Source: Narcine bancroftii
Lineage: Eukaryota
DNA length: 64,000 nucleotides
Assembly: GCF_036971445.1 (NCBI RefSeq)
Contig: NC_091480.1
Span: 96,534,001-96,598,000, forward strand
Direction of reading: 5' to 3'
Of this stretch, positions 36,781 to 51,275 are shown one piece after another (position 1 is the first letter of the stretch; the number at the start of each line of letters is the position of its first letter). The notes beneath the pieces were generated by a model that worked only from the letters and a program-made list of their open reading frames with translations, was not told the DNA's origin and did not search any database. Position numbers and translations under genes: made by a program.

Positions 36781-38793
36781 GTGGTTTTAACCATAATGTT
36801 GCAGTTCTCAAGAATGGAACAAGTAGCTGTGTGTATTCTTAGTGACTTGTTGCGATCCGTTTCATTGCCTAGCAGAATAGAACTGGAATGATTCCACTGA
36901 ATTTTCCCCCATTTTCATTTCTGAACATCACATCCAAGTCATGAACCATTCTATCTTGAACATCTGTTATTATTGTTGACACAAAGTACTGCAGTACCCA
37001 ACTGAACTGCTAAGTGGGAGCATCTTTATAGTATGGTCTACATTGCTTCAAGATAATGTACACATGCTCTAAAATTCTTACTTGCTGATTAAGGTACTTA
37101 ATTTAAACAAAGCATTAGTATAAATTTTAAAAAGATATAAATTCAAAGAATAGATTATAAAGAATCAGTTACCATAGTAAATAAAAAAAGTGGAGTGACA
37201 ACTGTGCTTTTTTTTTGGTGTTGGGGTACTCCAAGGGGAGGATCAAGAGTCCAAAAGCCACTGCAACATGTCCTTGACCCTAGAGATGCTGGGTTTCAGG
37301 CTTCTGTGCCTTTACATTGCCATTTTCTCATCCATTGGGCAGCAAATTCTGTCCATGCTAATGTGTTCATTTTTCCAAAAATTAGGAATATAAATAAATT
37401 ATTGGCTGACAAATCGCTACCAGGCTCAATTTTAAATGCTTCTGAAGGTGCTCTCTTTTAGTGAGTTCAAATACAGTATCATCAATTAATTGGCGTGAAA
37501 CTTTGTTTTCTGAATGCAGCCTTTGAGAGCTTGGTTCTCATTTTAAGGCTATCTCCTTGTCCTTGATTAGCCCACCAGAAAATTGATTTAATGCAACCAT
37601 TTATCATGATTTGTCCCTTTAAACAATGTCAAATGTCATGGTGACATTAGTCTCCCTCTGTGTTCGTGCATTTACTAAACCATCAAGGGAGGTTCAAGTT
37701 ATTTTCTGAACAGTGCGGCAAAACTGATAATCTTGCATGCTTGCGACTTTGGGTGCTAGACTGTCAAATTCGTTGGATTATTGGATGTTACAGTACCTCA
37801 ACGCACCTTTAATTCAGTTTTATCTTAAGTTATTTATAATACTTGCAATGAGCAAGACTAGTTTAAATGGAGTGCAGGAACTGGGGCTTGTCGAATTGAA
37901 AAGGACAGGAACTGGTGCCCCTTCAAGTTGGATGGGAGCTTAGGAACGAGGCCCTGGTGAACAGAAATGGAGAGCAATACCCAGTGAACCACATGTCAAA
38001 ATATCATAATTTCTGAATAGTTCAGTGCTGTATTATCAGTTTTGGTCTACAGCAAAAATGCTAATACTGGACCAATCTGCTGGAAGAACTTGGTGGAGGA
38101 AGAAAATCAGCCTGCTTTGAAGACATGGCCCAGTGGAGTAGTAAACTGGAGACCCATTTATCTGTCCAGGTGAAAGGTTCCAGCCTGGAACGTTGACAAT
38201 TCTTTTACTCCCACTGATGCTGTCCGACCCACTGAGTTCTTACCGAAGATTGTTTTTTTACCTTTGAGCTTTGGTGCTAGCTAGCAGATTTTCTGGACTA
38301 TTCAATATTACTCCAATTAATATCCCAAATCTTTTATTTCACTTTTTTGTACATGTTAGATAGTGGTGAAACAAATTTTCCAATGAACCTGGTCAATTTT
38401 AATGCAGTAAGAGAGAACAACATTCTGAACCCTATTTCTTGCCACAAAGCTATTTCTGCAACACAAACATTATCCACCCAGATCCACACGTCCACCCAAC
38501 CACACTTCAGACTCCCAACTCTGGCCATGCACCCTGCTGACACTCTCGACGCCCAGCTCCCACTCCGGATTAACAAGTGAAACAATGGCGGATCATCAGG
38601 ATTTCTGATCGATTAGATACCAAATTGTCAGAATCAGAATTTATTATCGTGAGCATGTGTCACGAAATTTGTTGTTTTGCGGTATCAAAGTTTTGCGGTT
38701 ATTTAATTGGGAGCAGAAGCAATAGACGATTTGTAGGATATGACAGATCATTTAAATTTATAAAAAATGTTGTGATTGCATGCAGTTAGTAGT

Positions 38794-38993
38794 AGTAAAA
38801 CACAAAGGTCTGCAGTCACCATGGTTGAACTAAAAATAATGCTGGAGAAACTCAGCTGTGAGCTATTTATGTAGCAAAGATACAGATACACACCCAATGT
38901 TTCGGCTTGAGCCCTTCATCAAGGTACAGTACCTTGCTATATAAAGTACACACTGTTTGACCTGCTGAGTTTATCCAGCATTGTGTTTCTACT
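38794..38993. mobile_element. Partially palindromic Penelope-like terminal element
   Basis: gctggagaaactcagc ... gctgagtttatccagc inverted arms; minus-strand cttgatgaagggctcaagccgaaac. Confidence 0.72.
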
Positions 38994-41900
38994 CTGGTCA
39001 CGTGCATTATTTTTCTAGTTTTGTCAAATTCCTGTGCATGGAACTTCTAAATTTTAAGTGCATGACAGTTTTATGGGGCAATGAATATATAATTGTCTAT
39101 AAATATGCTTTGGTTTGCAATGAATACACATTAAAGATTAGGAGTACCACCATGTGAAACTATAAATTTACAAGGATATGTGGCAGAACTACACTGAATA
39201 TTTTTGTTTTGCATCTCCACTCCTTCTAAATGTGCTTCTGATTAATGGCGATGGGGAAACACTCGATTAGTAACGTCAGAAGTCAATTTTCTGATTTTTA
39301 ATCCTGAAAAAATCATCCATGAAGATTTAAAGTCCCTTATTCTTTTTCAATAGCAGTTTAAGCCCACCTGCTGAACCCATGAAAAGGTTGAGCAGATTTT
39401 GTTCATTCATTTTTGTTGCTCCATTTTTAAGAGTGTGCTTTTACCCACTCTCATTTGCACTTTCTTATTGGACTGTCTGAAGTCAACTAATTTGGCTAAA
39501 AACACAATCACTTGAAGGCTTTGCAGATGTTCAGAGGAAAACTGTAGATTCATTACATCACGTAGGTTCAGGAATCCTTTTGTACTTTTACAAGGGTTTC
39601 TGATGGTACAGTACCCAGGACATAAATAGTCTGGTCTAATTACAAACAGCCTCAAAATCAAGCAAATGTTGCAAATCATTTATAATAATTATTGAAGTCA
39701 ATCTTAATAACACATGCTAAAAATTGTTAGGCCGTTGGCTGTTTGAGGAATTTGGATGCGGACTGATTTAAAGCTTCGGATGATTTGGGGGAAATGCCTG
39801 ATGTCTGTCCACAGAAGTTTTAACGGTATTTGCAATTTCAACAACTGTAAAAGGCAGTAGACAATTGAAATAAAAAATGGCACAGATATTTCTAGCAGGT
39901 CAGGTGAGCCGATTTTCAGTTGCAGTAAAATTGAAATTGGCAACTGTTTTCTTTAAGTTGTTGGTGCTAATAGTTGATTAAAATCGCCTACACAGCTATT
40001 TACAGGGTTCATAATTTCTGGGGGATATTTGAAGAGGGGAAACTCTAGGCACTTGGAATCAGCTTCGCAGCCTGTGTGGTTTTATAATTTACCATGTGTC
40101 AGCATGGAAACTCCTGCGACATTAAGATTTGTTTTCTTTTTTTTTTGTCTAATAATCTAAAGATGGAAGGCACTCGATCGTCAATTTGAGCAACAAGGCT
40201 AAAATTTCAGTGTGTGAGAATTGGGCAAATGAGAAGATGCGGAGAAACTGCAAAGGGCAGGAGGAGCAAAAAGATTTTTTTGTTTGAGCGATAAGGAGAG
40301 GTTAGACAGATTTGGTTTGTTTTCTCCAAAGTATCAGAGGCTTTATAGAAGTTTCTAAAATTATGAGCGGTGTTGACAGGTAGTCGGTTGGAAATTTCTC
40401 TCAGGATATAAATGTGGCGTATAATAGAGCGTGCATATAAGGTGAATGCGAGGGGTGGGGGGGGGGGAGTTTAAAGGAGGTATGTGGAGTGGTAAATGCC
40501 TGGATTGGTGATGAAAGCTTTAAGAGGCTTCGAGGTAGACAAGCGAGTATACAGGAATGGAAGGATATTTATCACATGCAAGGAGCAGAGTTTTACTTTA
40601 ACTTGAGCATCATGTAATGGTGCATGACACATGGGCAGAAGAACCCGTTCCTTTGCTGCTCTATTCTCCGTTAATTGGGTGGAAGAAGGGGGCCGTGCTG
40701 TAATGCGGGGAGGGCTTGGTAATGGGATAGGCAACGGAAATTCTCTGAAAGGAGGTGCACGCTGGAAAAGTAAAATCAAAGTAATGAAACCTCTTTGAAT
40801 TTTTCTTTCACCCCAAATGATAAAATTACTTCAAATACCTATTCAGCAGCATCGTTTCACACTGCAGAATGGAATGAAATGTACCTAATTCTTTTGCATC
40901 ATGCAATTTTAGGGTCTGGCAGCATTCTTAATGTGTGATAAGTCTTCATTCTTGTTTGGTGTTTGCAATTTTGAAATTCAGCCCAATGGAATCTGACAAA
41001 ATGCATTGATACAGCCTGTTAGGATGGGAATGCTACACTATCAAAAAATAATGAGGCGGATGTTGCTCTGAGTCACCACTAAATAGGTTGCAGAGATTAT
41101 TCATTAACAATTTATTCCAGTGCAGCATGGAATAATTGTTTGTTTTGGCCTGCGTGGGTAATTCTCCAACTGAGAATTTAGACTCCAATGGGGGCCCTCT
41201 GATATTGTTGTGACTTGTAACTTTAAAAAAAATCCCACCAATTTCAGATAACTCAATTCTGAATTCATGATTCTTTTTTTTTCTGTCTGCGGCATTCTGA
41301 AGATATTTTCAGGAGTTGCAATTCTTCCTGCCCTTCAATATCTCGTCCAAGTTGGCCACGTGTGAGCCAAGGCTAGAAGCACAGTCACTTCCTTGGCAAT
41401 TTTTCCCTTCTTTCTTTTTGCTCAATGTGTCATCATTGCCCAACCAATGCTTCCTGGCCCTGAAGAGCTTTCACTCGATTTCAAACCTTGTTTTACTTGT
41501 TTTCATTGGCAAAAAAAAAAAAATCAAGGGTTTTGGAAATATTTTTGTTGCCACCCAAGCAGATGTAAGAAATCTGAGTTAATTGGACCTGGGACCTGGT
41601 GATCGAGATTGCTTGAACCATGCAATCGCCCAGTCTCTCCTTTACACATCATTATTTTTCTTACCTTATGAATAGTTTGACATGGAGCTCCCACGACAAG
41701 CACAGGGCTGTTAATAAGCCAGTTGGAGGGCTGTTTTATCCAAAGTTTTATCTATCTAGTCTGCTCATAAAGCGAGCTTAAATGATCACATTATCCTATG
41801 TTCTGAATATTAATGAATTAAATAATTAACACCTAAAACACTTTTATCACATCATTTATCTATGGTGCTTTTGGGGCTCAATATGCAATTTTATTGCTGA

Positions 41901-42469
41901 ATTCAATAGTGACTATACTCTTTAACAAAAAAGTATTTGATTGCTTGTGAGGCACATTTTAAAATTCCTTGTTTAAGGTTTATGTTGAGCTGAGATATTA
42001 AATTCTACATCATTTGTGAAATTGTTAATTCCAATACAATGTCTCCTGTATGATTCAATTAACCACCCGAGAGGTGTTCCCTGGGTTAGCTTTTTTTTTT
42101 AAGTTCATAATGGTTCTTCTCACTTGTCTAGCTTCTTGCATCTGATATCTGAGTCAGACCTCACTGGCGCAGTTCACCTCACCTCCCAGTGATCCACTTT
42201 CCTTAAACAAATCAAATATTTTCTACTGTAGTGTGTGGGTAATTGGTAGAATCTTTGGGGGGGGGGGGGGGGGAGGTGGGGGGATTGAGAATGTGGACAG
42301 AATAAAGAGAAAGATTAATGGACATTTAGTATAGATGGGTGGGTCAATAGTCGGCGCGGATACAATATGCCAAAGGATCTGTTTTCATGCTCTCTGGCTC
42401 AGAACAGGGTAAAGTTCAACTTATCCCTTGTTTTCTGCAGAAATAGGATTGCAAATGTCATACAAATAT

Positions 42470-43190
42470 TTAAATGCCAAAGAGCTTATTGTTGATTTTG
42501 GAAAGGGAAGTTTGAGGGACCATGCACCTGTCCGCATTGATGAGAGCAAGGTGGAGAGGGTTGGTTCCAAGGCGTTAGTTCCTTCAAGTTCCTAGGTGTC
42601 CATTGTACTGACAACAACCACACCAGCAGTGCGAGTATAAGACAGCTTTAATAAACTAATATGTACACTAAGAGGTCTTGCCTCTCTGCAAGACGAACCT
42701 GGAAGGCTAGACTGGAGCTCTGGACTGCTTTATAGACAAGGTCACTGGGATGACCCCTGGTGACCTAGTGATGTAATTACATCTCACCACATCCATATTT
42801 CAGAAGATCTTTCCTGGAGCCAGCACATCAAGACAACTGTGAAAAAAGTTGCACCAATATCTATACTTCCTGTGAAATCAGAGGAGATTTGACATGTCAT
42901 CAAATACTGTATCAAACTTCTACAGGTGTGCTGTGGAAAGTATGCAGGTGGGTTGTATCACAGTCTGGTTTGGCAATTCCAAGTGCCCAGGAATGCAGCA
43001 GGCTCAGAAGGTAGCAAACATAGCTAGGTCCATCATAAGCTCCGACATACCATCCATTGAAGACATCAATGTGAGATGCAGCCAACATTGTAAAGACTCT
43101 GTCACCCTGGACACAACCTCCTCTCACTTCTACCTTTGGGTAGAAGGTACAGAAGTCTGAAGACTAGCATTCATAGGTTTAAGAACACTT
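42470..43190 (+). mobile_element. Rex1/Babar-like LINE fragment, interrupted by a solo LTR
   Basis: KELIVDF, FKFLGV.I and NFYRCAVES...GCITVWFG remnants. Confidence 0.72.
42604..42791 (-). mobile_element. Short solo LTR (188 bp)
   Basis: TG...CA ends; perfect 5-bp TSD TCCAT; cleanly splits the host LINE; minus-strand TATAAA and ATTAAA. Confidence 0.85.
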
Positions 43191-43799
43191 TTTTTAAATT
43201 TTTTGTTATATGGGATGGATTAAAGGCTTATATAAGTATGTAATAGTGAACCCACTAAAAGTTACCCTAAAAATGGATCCACAAAATTTAACAATTACAC
43301 GTGCACTTTTTGATTATTGAAATACAAATTAGCAGTTTAAAAACTACATACAATATTACTACATACGTGTATTTCTTAATATTTATGCTTTTTGTAACAA
43401 AATGTGGATGTAAAAGTGAAAACGTGGATGTAATATTTTTTCATGTTTTGCGGCTCTCAAACATCTGAAGTTTATCAAATGTGGCTCTTGTGTTAAGCAA
43501 GTTCAGCCACCCCTGGTCTCAGCCACAATATTTGCCATTAGTGCCAGAAATGATTCAAGATTAGAAATGCAATCTGCTTTTGTCACTTCAGAAAACCAGT
43601 GACTAAGGAAATTGTGGCTTGGTTCTTTCAAAATGAGAGTTGGTACATCTTCATATTTTAGTTTTGTCAAGTCCAATGTGGTCAAATGAAGCCTTTACAT
43701 GCTGAATTGTTGTTATAGATTTATGAACTTCTGTGCATTAAAAACTAATTTCTGTTTCTACAAATTTGTAATGGAAACCCTTTCTCAACCCCTCTCCAG

Positions 43800-44007
43800 A
43801 TACAAGATGATTTCAGAGTTCACGTGGCCAAACCACGATATGCGGTCTGACCAAGAAGCTGTTAAGAAATTGGTAGAATGTGGCGAGTTTCAGCATGACG
43901 TGGCTTATGGGAAGACCAAACTCTTCATTCGAACACCAAAAACTCTATTCACTCTAGAGGAGCGGCGAACACGAATGATTGAACGGATCGTACTCTTCCT
44001 GCAGAAG
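43800..44007 (+). CDS. MYO1D: Myosin-Id coding exon (208 nt; [13 protein letters not shown]...[10 protein letters not shown]...IVLFLQK; converter and start of IQ1)
   Basis: ctccag|A acceptor and AAG|gtatga donor; G.TK.FIR converter motif. I could not find the next exon (expected to start VWRG) in the remaining 20 kb. Confidence 0.96.
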
Positions 44008-44514
44008 GTATGAGCTGAATTTATTCCTCGGTCATCAAATAAGAAAAAGTTTGTGTAATATTTCAATAGTCATTTTTTTGGGGGGTAAGATGGATCATGC
44101 CATTGTTTTTATTGAAAATTGTTTGACAAAACATCACCTCTGGAATAATTTTACCTGAATAATTATTGCAGCAGGACTATTTTACATAATTAATTCTCAA
44201 CTAGCCTTCACTGCCTTTTTTCACAGTCGAAAAGATAAGAATCAATACTGATCCATCCATTAATTATGAAAAACTAATGAAACCGTCAATTTTTGCAGTC
44301 CAGCTCAAGGTATTTTGCTTACAATCGAGTGTTACTCAGCTCCATGTTTATCAAATTAAATATAATTTAAGAAAGTAAAACTCGGATTTAGCTGCAGCGG
44401 ACACTTACAGATGTATGCATCAAATCAACAATAGAATGAGCAATTGTAAGGTTTCAAGTACATTTTTATTTCATGCATCATGGTCAGGATTATACAATCT
44501 TTTCTGTATGCAAA

Positions 44515-44515
<1 letters not shown>

Positions 44516-44577
<62 letters not shown>
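44516..44577. repeat. Compound (AT)n(GT)n microsatellite
   Basis: Seen directly. Confidence 0.95.
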
Positions 44578-45959
44578 GCAATACTAGATTGCCATGACAT
44601 TAGTTTTATTTTTAAGGTTTGATTATTGATTTGGTCAGTTACTATGCACGTAATATGGTGATTGCAATGTTATGAGTCCAAGTTTATTATCATCTGATTG
44701 TCACACCACCAGGTTCAGGAACAGCGGCTGCCCCTCTACTGTCAGGCTTCTCAACAACAAACTCATTTAAGGGCTCTTACTTGTGGACTTTATTGATTTT
44801 TTTTGCTCTCTCTGTATTGCAGTCAGTTTGTTTACATTCATTATCCGTTTACAGTTCGTTTGATTGTTTATGTGTTCACGCTGGGTCCAGTTTTTTTTTG
44901 CACTACCAATTAGTGGTAATTCTGCAGCAGCAGGATAAAGGAATCTCAGGAGTGTATGTGAATGTGACAATAAATCTGAAATCTGACATCTACAACTTTA
45001 CAAAAAGACTTTTCTTCAGACCACCATGCACAGCACATAATAATCATACATATACATAACGATATCATTTAAAGTAAATATGCAAATATTTTGGGATTAT
45101 TTGCTCGGTTACAGGATCCTGTTCATCAATCACACAGCCTGTGGGAAGAAGCTATTCTCCAGCCTGGCTGTCCTAATTCTGATGCTCCTGTACTTCCTTC
45201 CTGATGGTAGTGGGTTTAAGATACCGTGTGCTGGATGGAAAGGGGCTCCTATAATTTTTTTGAGCCCTATTTAAGCAGTGTATGTTGTTAATAGAGGATC
45301 TCCTTGGCCGTTTTGACAATCCTTTGCATTGACTTGTGGTCTGATGCTTTGCGGCTACCGTACCATACATTGATGCAGCCAGAGAAAACTCTTCCAATTA
45401 TGTTCCTGCAAAAGTTGTCAAGATGGGGGCCTGTAGCCTTTCCCTCCTCAAGCTCCTTTGGAAGTGTAGGTGCTATTCCATCTTCCTGACTAATGAGAAT
45501 GTTTTGTGAGTCCAGGATATATGCACACTAAGGAACTTTGTGCTCTCTCTCCTCTCTCCACAACAGAACCATTGAGGTAGTGGAGAAGGGTTACCTTGAT
45601 TTATTTGGTTATACTTCAGTGTCACAATTTTTTTTTTGTTTTTGCATAAGTAAAAGAAGGATCAACGATGGTAGTAATTGCTATCAGAGATCTCACACAG
45701 TGACATCATTTGACAATGATGACCATGTGTTTAATCTAAATCAAATTTCTTGTGAGGTATTAAAAATATTTCTGAAAATAACAGGTCAGACAGAATCCAT
45801 GAAGAGGGATAGACTAAGTTTATGTCCTGTAATCAGAATAGGAATAAATTTGATGAAGGTAAATAAGAAAGACTGCAGAGTTCCCTGATGATGTGACCTA
45901 TCGACATTATGAGCATATGAAATTAGGCTGACAAGTAATTTGCTTCATTTGGCAAGAAT

Positions 45960-46810
45960 CTTTACATCCTGAGAAGGTGGAGCGCGTGAAAGTTATAGAG
46001 GATGAAAAAAGCCTCGGAAGAGAGGTAGGTGTTTGTGGAGATGGCAATAGAAACCAAGATATCAGGAAAAAATGGCCCCTTTGGAATGATCAAAGGAAAG
46101 GGGAAGGTGGAGACCTGTGTAGTTGTGAAAATTGCAGAAATTCCATGAAAAGTGGAGGTTGATAGCATAGGTCTAAAGGAGGTGTGTGCACTGAATGAAG
46201 CAGATGACCTCCCAGCTTTGTTTAAAAAATGAGCATGGAAGAAAGAAGACATTTCAAAACTTTGGCCTGAAAGGTGTGATGGAGAAATTGGGGGAAATGG
46301 AATGGTATCCTTGCAGAAAGCAGGACTGTGAGTAAACAAGAAATTTGCAATTGCTGATCTAGTGCAGTGCAGTGGTGCTGGAGAAACTCAGCAGCTCGTA
46401 CATCATCCATGGAAAGCCAAGAGGCAGTCGATGTTTCCAGTCCTTTTCCTTCAGGTATGCTGAAAATGAGAAGATTGGTGGGGGGGGGGGGGGAGTGGGT
46501 TGGGAGAGGAGCACAGGTGATAGGTGGATATTGATGTGAGGGGCAAGAAGAGAGAAGGGCAGAGAACTGTTCTCAAATTGGAAAAAGTAAGGGAAGCAGA
46601 TGGGACGCTAAAGTCAAAAAGATGAGGGAAGGTGAGAAAACAGGGAAAGGGTTACTGGAAGTTGGACTTTGATGCAAACTGGTGGAGGCAGCCAAGATGG
46701 AACACAAGGTGTTATTTCCCCCAATTTACATGTGGCCTCAACCTGGCATTACATGAAACCATAGACAGGCACGCCAGTGTGGAATTTTAGTGGCTGGCCT
46801 CTGGGAGGTC
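45960..46810 (-). mobile_element. Degenerate Penelope-like fragments
   Basis: gtgctggagaaactcagcag terminal motif, purine tract, and sequence homologous to the 35400-35580 GIY-YIG tail. Confidence 0.6.
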
Positions 46811-48839
46811 CTTGCTGAAGCAGTGGAGACCTGAGTGGCCAGCCACTTCAGTTCCACATCCTGCTGCCACACTGACGTATCTGTTCATAGCCTCACTGCA
46901 ATTGTCCTCTCATTACTGCCTGCTCATTTTTGACCCAGAAAGTCTACTTTTTTTAAGATTGTATTTTTTTTATTTCTTTGTTCAATAAATTCGGAGGATT
47001 GATTCCTTTGTGGGTAGAAGAAATGTTTTATGACATGTCTGCAGACAGAGATGTTGAAATTAAAAGAAGTTCAATGACATCTTACTTCAGTGCATGTAAT
47101 CATGGATTTCCTTCCTCCTGTCAAGGTGTCCATTCCATTTGGACAAAAATGAAACAAGCACATCTATTAATATCCAAATGGCACACATTTCTTTCCCTGC
47201 TTGGGATTGAAAATCAATTCCTTGTGAAAGATATTGATTGACCTAGATTTTTGCCAACCAGTTCTCTGGGAGAAGAAAAAATGTCGAAATCCTGAAGTTG
47301 CCCGAGGTTTGTGAGTTTTATAATCATCCTCCCTTTGTCTGTGCAGAAGAACTTTCAATTATTCGAATCTTTTTGTGATCTCAAAATAGCAGCCACTCTG
47401 AATTATGACCTGCTTGTCCTTATGGAGCTTATTCGCAAATGTTCACACAGCTGGTTAACAACCTGAAATTGATAATGACCATGTAAATTAATTATTTCTG
47501 TTGTTGAGCGAGGTATATAATATTAAACCAAGCACCATAGAGGCCAACAATATGTGCCATAGCATCTTTTATTGATAAGCCTAGAAAGTAAATGAACAAG
47601 TGTTGTAAGGTTATTAAAGTGTTTGTCTCACCTGCTCAATGGGTTTTTTTTCTTGAAATTGCTTTGAAAAACACACAAAAAAACTGCAGTTTATTGAAAA
47701 ATGTAGTGTGAGGTCTTGGCCTTTGGTGCTTCCTGAGTTATGCGTGTGCACTTGATTGTGCCACCATGTATGAGAAACCAACAGGATATCATAGTGAGGT
47801 GAGCTGCAAATAGCCTCTGGGCATGAGTGCAACTAAAATAAACATTAATTACTATTTTAATCCTTCTGAAGTGTTCTGTGGACTGTTCCCATTCAAGGTA
47901 TATGGCAAAATATTTTATGAAGACTAAAACTGAGAGAATGTATCGCAACATTCAGAATTACAATGAATACTGCGGGAAATTAACTCTTAATTCTTATTCA
48001 CATCATGTATGCTGCCCCTGTCGAGCATAAGAATCTGTAGTTCAGATGACTATCTTGGCACTGCTCAAAGCCTCGGGCTTCTTTCCAATTAACCATTGAT
48101 TTTAGGCCATTTGCATTGCTGAGGGGATGACCTGTCAGTATGTGCTAAATTTTTTAAAGCCGTGCAATATTGATGAGTAGAATAATACATTTAAACTCTT
48201 CTATTGATGGGAGTGTATGCCATTGACTAAGAATGTCTGACCCCGCAGAAAGAATGTCAGTAATAATGACTTTTTCACATCTTGTTTTCTCTTCATTGGA
48301 TGTCATAACTGAAAATATTTGTCTATAGCTTTAATACCCTTGAATTTCTTTTCTTCACCAACAAGAAGTTAAAAGAACTTCCATGTTTCCTTTTGGTATT
48401 TACATTGTACCCACTGTTCATAATAGAACAATTTGCAATCATACGGTGACTTTCACAGACAGGTTGCATAATGAGAAATTATAGAAATGGACATCAGAAT
48501 TTGGGAATGGATTAAGATAAGCGATAAAAGAATGGTTTGCTTTTTTCTATTCAAGAGTGGAAAGTGTTTCATAGTGTAGTCAAAATGATTTTAGAATCCT
48601 TTCATTGTTATGTTAAACAGAGAAGTTGTCATCAGAGGTGTAAAGGTCTCCAAAAGAAGAGGTAAGACAGGAAAAAGTTGCTGAGGAAATTTTGGAAATG
48701 CTGACAAGAAGTCAAGATTATGGATTAGCATTATAGACGATACAAAATTTGGATTTTTTTTAGAGTTTATGGAATGCTGAAGTTGGAAACCTTGAAGAAT
48801 TTTATTGAGGTACATATGAAGATGACAAATAGTGCAAGG

Positions 48840-49380
48840 ACACCAACTTGAGACTGAAGGTGAACAAGAGAAAGGAGATGATTGTGGAGAATTCAGGAGG
48901 ATGAAAGTTGATCACTCTCCACTCCATAATCAATGTCTCCATCGAGGAGAGAGTGAAAAGCACAGGTTCTTGGCTGCACGTACAACAAGTGACCCAACCT
49001 AAACTCGCAACATCTCAGGAAAATGCATCAGTGCCAACACTTCCTAACGAGCTTGAGGAGGGCAAGGCTACTAGCCTCCATTGTGAGAACATTTTATAGT
49101 AACACAATGGAGTATTCTGTCTGGCTGCATCATTCATGGTAGCTGCAAAGCATTGGATCGGAAGTCAATACAGAAGATCAGTAAAATGTCTGAGAAGATC
49201 GCCGGGGTTTCCCTTTCCTCTGTTGACAGCATTCACTGAGAACATAGCTTAAATGGGGATCAAAGAATTATTGAGGACCCCTTGCATCTCTCAAACAGTA
49301 TTTTTGATTTACTGCCATCAGGAAGGATACACAGGAGCATCAAAATCAGGGCTTCCAGGCTGGTAGAAGGCTTCCACGAA
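48840..49380 (+). mobile_element. Degenerate Rex1/Babar-like LINE fragment
   Basis: aaggagatgattgtgga (KEMIV) and ctgtctggctgcatca (LSGCI) remnants. Confidence 0.6.
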
Positions 49381-49509
49381 CAGGGAAGAACCAAAACAAA
49401 TGATTTTATGTTTTGACACTTCACTCAAATTTTGGGCAGAAGATGGGAGTTGTGATCCTAGAAAATGGCTCACATTGTCATTTTCTATATAAAAGCAAAA
49501 ATTGTGATA

Positions 49510-50260
49510 GCTGGTGTGGACCCTCGGAGAGTTGGAAGGAAAGTCTCAGCATTCCCCGTGGGGTTCAACCTCCAGTCCAACTGCTGTTGGCTCTGGACAG
49601 GCATTAAATAGTTTTTTTAAGAGGCCAAAGGTGGTTTATTTTAAAATCCCACGAAAGGATCTGGCCCAAGCTGGCAGAGCCTATGACTGGCAGCGTCCTC
49701 GAAGGGTTGCAGATACTGAGGAAGTGGAGGACTGGCGCAGAGCACGAGAAAGCACGTGACCACCCCGCCCCTCCCTAAGTTTGAGAAGGAGAAGCAGAGA
49801 AGACGACTCAAGGGGATGGTGACCTTGGCAGTGAACCAGTAAAGGCCTCTGAGGATGAAGAACACATAGGCGGCAGACTATTGGAGACTTGAGGTGAGCA
49901 ACCCATGTAGGCTGCAGGCCACTGGGGACTGCAGTCAAGGGTCGCACCAGGCTTCAGACTGCTGTAGACTGGCTGAAGGGGTACCAGGTATTGGAACCAG
50001 GATATGGAGACTTCCTGTTTATGTCAGAGCTGTGCGTCGGGAGGTCAGGTTGCTGGTGGTTTCGACTAAAGGCAGGAGCATTGGAGGCGAATCCATGGAC
50101 ATGCAGTGACTCTGGGGGGACTGTCTTTTGCTTCTCTTTCCTCTCTCTGACTGCAAGGAGCACCAGGCAATTTTTGCTGATAGTGAATCTTTGCCTTACA
50201 GTAGAATAAAGGAAATTTCATGTAATATCATTTTCTGTTTTATCACATATCAATAAAATG
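49510..50260 (+). mobile_element. Non-coding retroposon (family B), second copy
   Basis: Colinear blocks shared with 20466-21238; ends caataaaa. Confidence 0.62.
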
Positions 50261-50666
50261 CATCATCTGTGCACACATCAAAAAATGTTTTTTTAAGGTA
50301 CTATTTTTCCACATAAATTCTGTAAGAACAAATTTTCTGCATCTCAAATTTTGGGGGAGTAATTTGTAGATTCTACAAGAGTGAAGTTCCATTACCTGGA
50401 CAGCTGAAATAGAGGTCATTTCTACTTTCAAGCAAGGTAAAGAAAATTAAAAAGCCACAGAGCTGCATTCTTAATTAGGTTATCTAATCGTCCACATTCA
50501 TTCCACAGCCACTGTGTTCACTGAGCTAAAAGTGAAGAAAAATGAATGTTCCAGTTAGTGTTATTTTCAAAGAAGCAATATGTGGGACGTAGAAAAAAGG
50601 CCCTTTGGCCATCACAGATCATGATCTTAACCTGAGGTTTTCAGTCTCTTGAAAGCTTCTACAAGC

Positions 50667-50955
50667 TGTGATCTCTAAAAGATTTTTTTTAAAAATGCAC
50701 AGCCTAATGGCGACCCAGCCCCGCTTGTATTGCCACGTGGCGAGGCAGCCATTAGGAGATGGCGTCGTCAGAGGTTTCTCTCTGACTCCAGCATTCCTTC
50801 CAGTGCGCACCCTGGGCAGCGCTTATGAAGTCACAATGCACCAGGTGACTGAGCACGTGCTTCCCTTATAGGAGCGCGTTGAATGTGAATAAAACAGTCG
50901 TTAAAGACCCTCAACTTGGTGGCTGTGATTTACTTCAGTTCCTCAGAGCGCCACA
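50667..50955 (+). mobile_element. Probable solo LTR (family C)
   Basis: TGTG...CACA ends; TATA-like cttatagg followed by AATAAA; U3 block shared with 52729-53023; TSD degenerate. Confidence 0.62.
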
Positions 50956-51275
50956 CCAGAACATTTAAGAACCAAAATTATTTATTCTTTTAGTGACAGA
51001 TAATAATCCTTGTGGCTCAGCAATTGACAAATTTACAGATTATTGAATCTCCATTTTTGTTCCTGAGCTTGAACAGAGTAGGCCAGAAAGAAAAATTCCA
51101 CATTAGTAAAGAATAAAAATTGGGTTGACATTGACAGTGAAGCATCCCACCTTGCACCACAGGTTATCATAAATAAATTGAACGTTAATTTGGTTCTCCA
51201 CCTATTGGGCAGAGGATGGGCTTAATTTCAAATATAAAAGGTCAAAGGTTGACTTCTGATTCATTCTATCTAAAT

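Noticed and set aside
924-44007. Assignment to the paralogue MYO1G
   Set aside because: The peptides match MYO1D as I recall it (e.g. [32 protein letters not shown]) much more closely; a reciprocal BLAST would settle it.
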